Positions 57,443-64,000 of a stretch of DNA of 64,000 nucleotides are shown one piece after another; position 1 is the first letter of the stretch, and every line of letters starts with the position of its first letter. The DNA is from the human T2T-CHM13v2.0 reference genome, Homo sapiens. Below the pieces are notes generated by a model that had not been told where the DNA came from, did no database searches, and saw only the letters and a program-made list of their open reading frames with translations. The translations under genes and the position numbers were made by a program. Location of the stretch: assembly GCF_009914755.1 (NCBI RefSeq), contig NC_060930.1. The stretch is one strand, 5' to 3'.

Positions 57443-57590
57443 AGCTTGAGCCTGGGAGGCTGCGGCTGCAGCACACTGTGATGGTGTCACTGCACTCTAG
57501 CCTGGGTGACAGAGCAAGAAAGACCCTGTCTCAAAATAAATAAATAAATAAATAAATACATAAATACATAATATTAAAAAAAAGAAAAGA
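57443..57590 (+). mobile_element. 5'-truncated AluJ right arm with (TAAA)n tail
   Basis: Flanking AGAAATAC(G/A)AT duplication. Confidence 0.8.
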
Positions 57591-58035
57591 AATACAATAA
57601 AAAATTACTGTTAATGGAATATAATTGTATCTGAACAAGCAAGTTTCAGTTAACTGTAAAAAAAAACCAAAAAACCCTACATATGTGGAATGTTTCATTC
57701 CTCAATGACCACAGCTATTTAAATAAGATATACTGGATGTTTTAAATTTTCTAAGTAAATGGTTTAGGCTATTTGTGAGATTTTACTTAACAGGCTAGGC
57801 ACCTGCAAACCACCTCACTAATATTACCCCATTTAATCTCAATAACCCTGCAAGGAAGGTAGTATTGTCCTCATTTAATAGATGACAAAATTGAAGTTGG
57901 GAGAGTAAGCAACTTGCCCAAAGCTATAGAGAACCTTCAATTTGACTCAAATAATTGTGTTTTTGTCCATTCTAAATTTATCACTCAAGACTGTATTTTT
58001 AAATAGGATCATACACTTATTCATTAATAAGCTAG

Positions 58036-58510
<475 letters not shown>

Positions 58511-60108
58511 GCTATGCATTTTCTAAATAGTCACTTCAGCATTCTGAACCTAGCATAGGCAAATTGGAAGTTCAAACTCAATGGATGATATATCAGCCCT
58601 TAATAAATCTCATCTCTGTTTTACACATAAGAACATGCTCATAAAGATTAAAGATACATTGCATTTTCCTCTCAAAGTTCACATGGACTTTTCTGCTAAC
58701 TAGAGGACAATTTACCTTCTTGCCTTCAAGAGCCACTGCACTGGGTTACAAACTTAGAAGTAAAAGTTTAGTTTTAAATGTTGTTTTCTGACCCTCTACA
58801 ACCTATACAGTTTGAAATCTGTAAAAAGAAATTCAATGAAATTTATGATTGTAAATAACCCAAAACCTGGTATAATGTTTAAGGACTGGACCTGGAGTCA
58901 GACAGATTTCAATGCTGATGATATGTCTGCCACTAAGTAGCTGAAAAGGTCTGGCAGGCAGCTAACACTGGAGTCATCAGAAAAAATCAAGTCATATTTG
59001 TTACATTTACATCATAGATTTCCCAGATCTGTCTTTTAATGTGCATATCTAAGTTACAAACAAAACCCATATCTGAAAAGCTGCATGTGAACTGTGCAGA
59101 AGGGCTTACTTGTTTGTATTCTCAGCAGGCAACAGGGCACCCAGGAATATCCCCCTTACCTCTCCTCATCCTGGGGCAAAATAGGTATCTCCCTGGAACC
59201 TAAGAGTTGGAACTTCTGTTTCCCACAGAAGCAGCACAGTAAATGGTGGCTAGAGTTAGGACCTGTCATATTAAAGGTGAAACAGGCATCTGTAGGCTGA
59301 TCTTGGAGCTTCTCACAGGAAAATACCTGAGTTCCAAAAAGCCAGCATACACGCACCTCTGTAAGACAATCCACTTCAGCCTTGGATGAGAACACAAACT
59401 GAACCCCAAATCCAAGGTTCTTTCTGGTGTGAAGAGACAAACACTATCCTAGTAAGTAGAGCTGAGCATTTCTAAAGTGGCAGCCTCTCCTTCCAACCAT
59501 ACCTATGGCGCGTTTTAAGTTCATTTTTGTCTTTTTTTTAATCCAAGTCCATGGCTCTATAAGTGCAACAGTAAGCAAAAAAAGCAGCATTTTGATATGA
59601 TGCCCATAAAGCCCAACATATCACATCCAAAACACCACTTTCTGTCCTGCGGGCCATTCTTCATCTCCACGTGGCACACCATCCACCACACCCACTTTTA
59701 TCTACCACACACACTTTTATCTGCGCAGCCTGTTTCTCAGTTATTTCTCAAGGCTTCTGCACACAAACAAGCTCTCTTGCATCTGAGCCACTAGGCTTCT
59801 GACCTGTCTTCACACTTCTATTCAGAATGTGTACCAGTGAGCTCCTACTATGTGCAAAGATTAGTGCTAACCTGTTCTTTTTCACGAGGCTCACCTCATT
59901 GAATAAATAAATCTGAGACTGTGGCCTTCAAACTCTTCAACTGTGAACCATAGTAAGAAATAATTTACATGCAATCCAATGCACAAGCCTACCCTTCACA
60001 CACCTCCTCAGAAGATAACTCAGAAGTTTTACATAATATTCTTACTATGGTATGATAAATTAATATTCTTCACCCTATTCCATTTAATATTTTAAAAAGT
60101 CCTGTTGG

Positions 60109-60585
60109 CAAAGAGATATTAGCACTCCAATGTTCATCGAAGTTATTCACAATAGCCAAGATGTAGAGACAACTAAACGTTCACTGACAGAAGAATGAAG
60201 AAAATGTGGTACATACAAGCAATGGAATATTATTCAGCCTCAAAAAAGAAAAAAAAAAAGAAAATCCTACAGTATGGGACAATTTAGATGACCCTTGAGG
60301 ACATTATGTTAAGTGAAATACATCGGTCACAGAAGGACAAATACTGCTTAATTCTACTTATATCAAGTACTAAAGTAGTCAAACTCATAGAATCAGAAAG
60401 CAGAATTGTTGCCAGGAGCTAGGTGGAGGGGAAAATTGAGGAACTGCTAATCGGTGAGCATGGTTTCAATTATGCAAGATAAACTAGTTCTAGAGATCTG
60501 TAAAACATTGCCCCTGTAGTTAACAATACTATATTTGTGCACTTAAAAATCTGTTAAGGAGGTAGAGCTCATGTTAAGTGTCTTG

Positions 60586-60586
<1 letters not shown>
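60109..60586 (+). mobile_element. L1MA/L1MB 3' end
   Basis: 3' UTR motifs (ttctagagatctg, ctcatgttaagtg); flanking AAAAGTCCTG(G)TTGG duplication. Confidence 0.8.

Positions 60587-60624
<38 letters not shown>
60587..60624 (+). repeat. (CA)19 microsatellite
   Basis: Perfect repeat, seen directly. Confidence 0.97.
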
Positions 60625-60628
<4 letters not shown>

Positions 60629-60851
60629 TCCTGGTTGGAATCTTCTAAATGTATGTCAACCCACTACTGAATCATGACCTGCAGTCTGAAAAATAATGCT
60701 CTTACAAAAGGGTGATTAGATTCACATGATGATGCCGCTAGAGGAATGGTTACAGGCATCAGCAAATACTTAGGCATGATGAGACCCTCCCATCCTCACC
60801 CCACAAAAAAAAGTCACACCTTCTCTCTGCATATAAGAGATGTAGAGAGGT

Positions 60852-61150
60852 GGCCAGGCACACTGGCTCATGCCTGTAATCCCAGCACTTTGGGAGGCCA
60901 AGGCAGGTGGATCACCTGAGGTCAGGAGTTCGAGACCAGCCTGGCCAACATGGTGAAACCCCGATTCTACTAAAAATACAAAAATTAGCCGGGCATGGTG
61001 TTGGGTGCCTTATAATCCTAGCTACTCAGGAGGCTGAGGCAGGAGAATCACTTGAACTCTGGGAGGCGGAGGTTGCGGTGAGCCGAGATCACGTCATGCA
61101 CTCCAGCCTGGGTGACAAGAGCGAGACTCCGTCTCAAAAAAAAGAAAAAA
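60852..61150 (+). mobile_element. AluS
   Basis: Full dimer; TSD AAGA(G/A)ATGTAGAGAGGT. Confidence 0.93.
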
Positions 61151-61791
61151 AGAAATGTAGAGAGGTACCACAATGGAGAATTAGTATCTGCATCCCAGAT
61201 CAAGGGCGGGAGGTAGAACAAGCGCGGGGGAGACCAAGGTTTCACTGAAGTGCCATGGCAGGAGGAAAAAGTAGAGTGGGGCTTCTTTTTCTTTAATCAC
61301 CTAGGCAGTCTTCACAATCTTAATTCTTTCCTTTGTGTCGGGCAACTGTCAACACTTCAGGGCAGGAATGTTATTCTTCTCAAAAATTCTATACTCCACC
61401 CAGAGACATAACTGAAGCAAATTTAAAATAATAAAAAATGAGCAGCGGGTTATGCTTTTCTTCTAAGATGAGTTTTCCACCTCAGTTTGTTTACTCCCCA
61501 CTCCAAAAGACATTAATATGTTAGTGGGGTGGGGGGGCGGTGGGGGAACAAAGGAACTTGTGGAAAACAAAATAGTCTAGGGAAACAGAAAGGATAGATC
61601 ATAAAACAGTAAAATGCTGGTAAAAGCAGCATTTCAAATGAGGTTTAAAAAATCAATTTATAGCTTTGTATTTAATTTATGACAGAGTATTTGGAACAAG
61701 AAATGTGAAGGTATAGTCTTAACAGTCACTAAAGAAAGTTTTCAGTGAACATCATTTACACATTTTAAGGTAAGAGCAGTGTTATCAAATC

Positions 61792-62082
<291 letters not shown>

Positions 62083-62653
62083 TAATACAATACCAAAGTC
62101 TAATTCTCCACAGATCTGCTCAGCGTAATTTTTTCAAGAAGTGTTATGACCTGGCTGAAATGCTGGGTCCAATTTTCTCTCCTTTATAGATGCATAATAC
62201 AAGTTTGCATTATGGCCACTCTTTTCCAAGCCCCTTGATCTTTTGGAGTGGGAAGGAGGTAAACCTATTGCAAATCTCTCCATGAAAGCCTGTTAAAGCA
62301 GAGACACGTACTTCAAGGCTCTACTCTTCAGCTCTTCCCACTTCAATTTACCCAACAACTACAAAAGTTACTTAAAATAGGTAGTTCTAAATGCTCTTCC
62401 TGCCAACAGGAGAGGCCTTTTTTAAAAGGGTAAGATTAAGGATTCCTGGAGTGTCTTGCAGGAATACACCAAATGGGACAAAGATGGATAAGGGGTGGTG
62501 GGGGGTGGGGTGTTGTCTCCAGAAGGAGTTGCTGAGCTCCAACTGTGCTGCAAATTTCCTGTTGATGTAGTTCTACCTGGGACAATGACTACCAAAGACT
62601 TGAACTGCCTGTCTTTGTAGAGAGACCTAGTTAAATGTCAAAAGCAGCACAGG

Positions 62654-62971
<318 letters not shown>

Positions 62972-64000
62972 CTACAATGACTAGTTACCATACAGTGGGA
63001 ACTTGAAATAGTAGTTCATTCACTCATTCATGCCACAAGGACCTGATGCCAACTACACCAGGCACAAGGCTGGGCTCTAGGAAAACAGAGGTGAACAAGC
63101 ATAATGTCCCTGCCCAATTTCGTCTTACATTTTCCTGTGACACACAATACAAAAATGAATATACAAAATGGCAGATGCTGTAAAGAAACTATGAACTTTA
63201 CAGTAAAACTGAAGAATCATCACCAAAACACATGCTGTGCTTTTTCTGTTCAAAGAAGTGTGACAAACCACTTTTTGTAGAAATGTGAATTACTAGTCAT
63301 CATACTTTCCTAATTTAAAACAGCACAATTTCTTCAGCTGTAGGAGGTAGAATCCCAATCTTAGAAAAAAAAAAAAAACTAACTTTTTGAAAGGAGATAT
63401 TCTGCACTGGTGTAACAGCACGTCAGCACTTAGGCCAAGATTGATAACAACACTGGCCAAAAGATAAACAATTTACACAGGTGGCAAGCCATCTAAGGCA
63501 AAAGCTAAAAACAAAAACAGAGATGGACTTCTCAAGAAGTCATTTAATGTGTACTGCATACACACGTAATTTTCAAAAACAGAAAGGGAAGGCACAAAAA
63601 GTTTTGGCAGATGACACTAAATCAACAGTTTTAACATTGCTGCATTCCAGATCATTCCAATAAACAATGGTTCAACCTACTGAGAATCTAGAGACATTTC
63701 ATCTCTAGGCAGAACACTGGTTTGTAAAGTTTAGTTGCTGGACCTAGGCCATGGAAAGACACAAGCAAATCCTAATGTTGAAACTCTAAATGCATTCCCA
63801 CTTAGAATTAAACAGGAAAGGGAAGGTTCCTCCCCCATGTAGGAAACTGAGCCGTAATTTACTGGTTTCAATTTATAGCTATGAAGTGTGTGTGTTTTGG
63901 AGGGGAGGGAAGATGAGAAGTTGGAGAGGTTTAAGGAAAAGACACCTGCATGAGGTAGGGCAGAAGTGGACATCCTGAAGACCTGATTTCTAAAAGCAGC

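Overview
Primate (human-like) genomic DNA containing most of GCLC (glutamate-cysteine ligase catalytic subunit) on the minus strand. Coding exons 2-16 lie between 42448 and 18677, all with GT-AG boundaries. Their lengths total 1764 nt, i.e. codons 51-637 plus the stop. Exon 1 and the promoter lie beyond the right edge, so 42449-64000 is intron 1. The 3' UTR runs to about 17265 and has several poly(A) signals. The left 17 kb is repeat-rich intergenic DNA with L1PA/L1M LINEs, THE1 and MLT LTRs, Alus, MIRs and MER5. No prokaryote-type system or foreign insert is visible. The best leads are regulatory: (i) an MLT1-LTR-initiated spliced antisense unit inside GCLC ending over the exon 10 donor; (ii) a perfect NRF2/sMaf element just past the poly(A) site; (iii) a THE1 LTR with DUX4 site, TATA and donor facing the 3' UTR; (iv) two consecutive 81-nt introns with a potential poison acceptor; (v) inverted AluYs flanking an in-frame, stop-free exon 2-6 circle. 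Repeat subfamily calls are by eye and need RepeatMasker confirmation.
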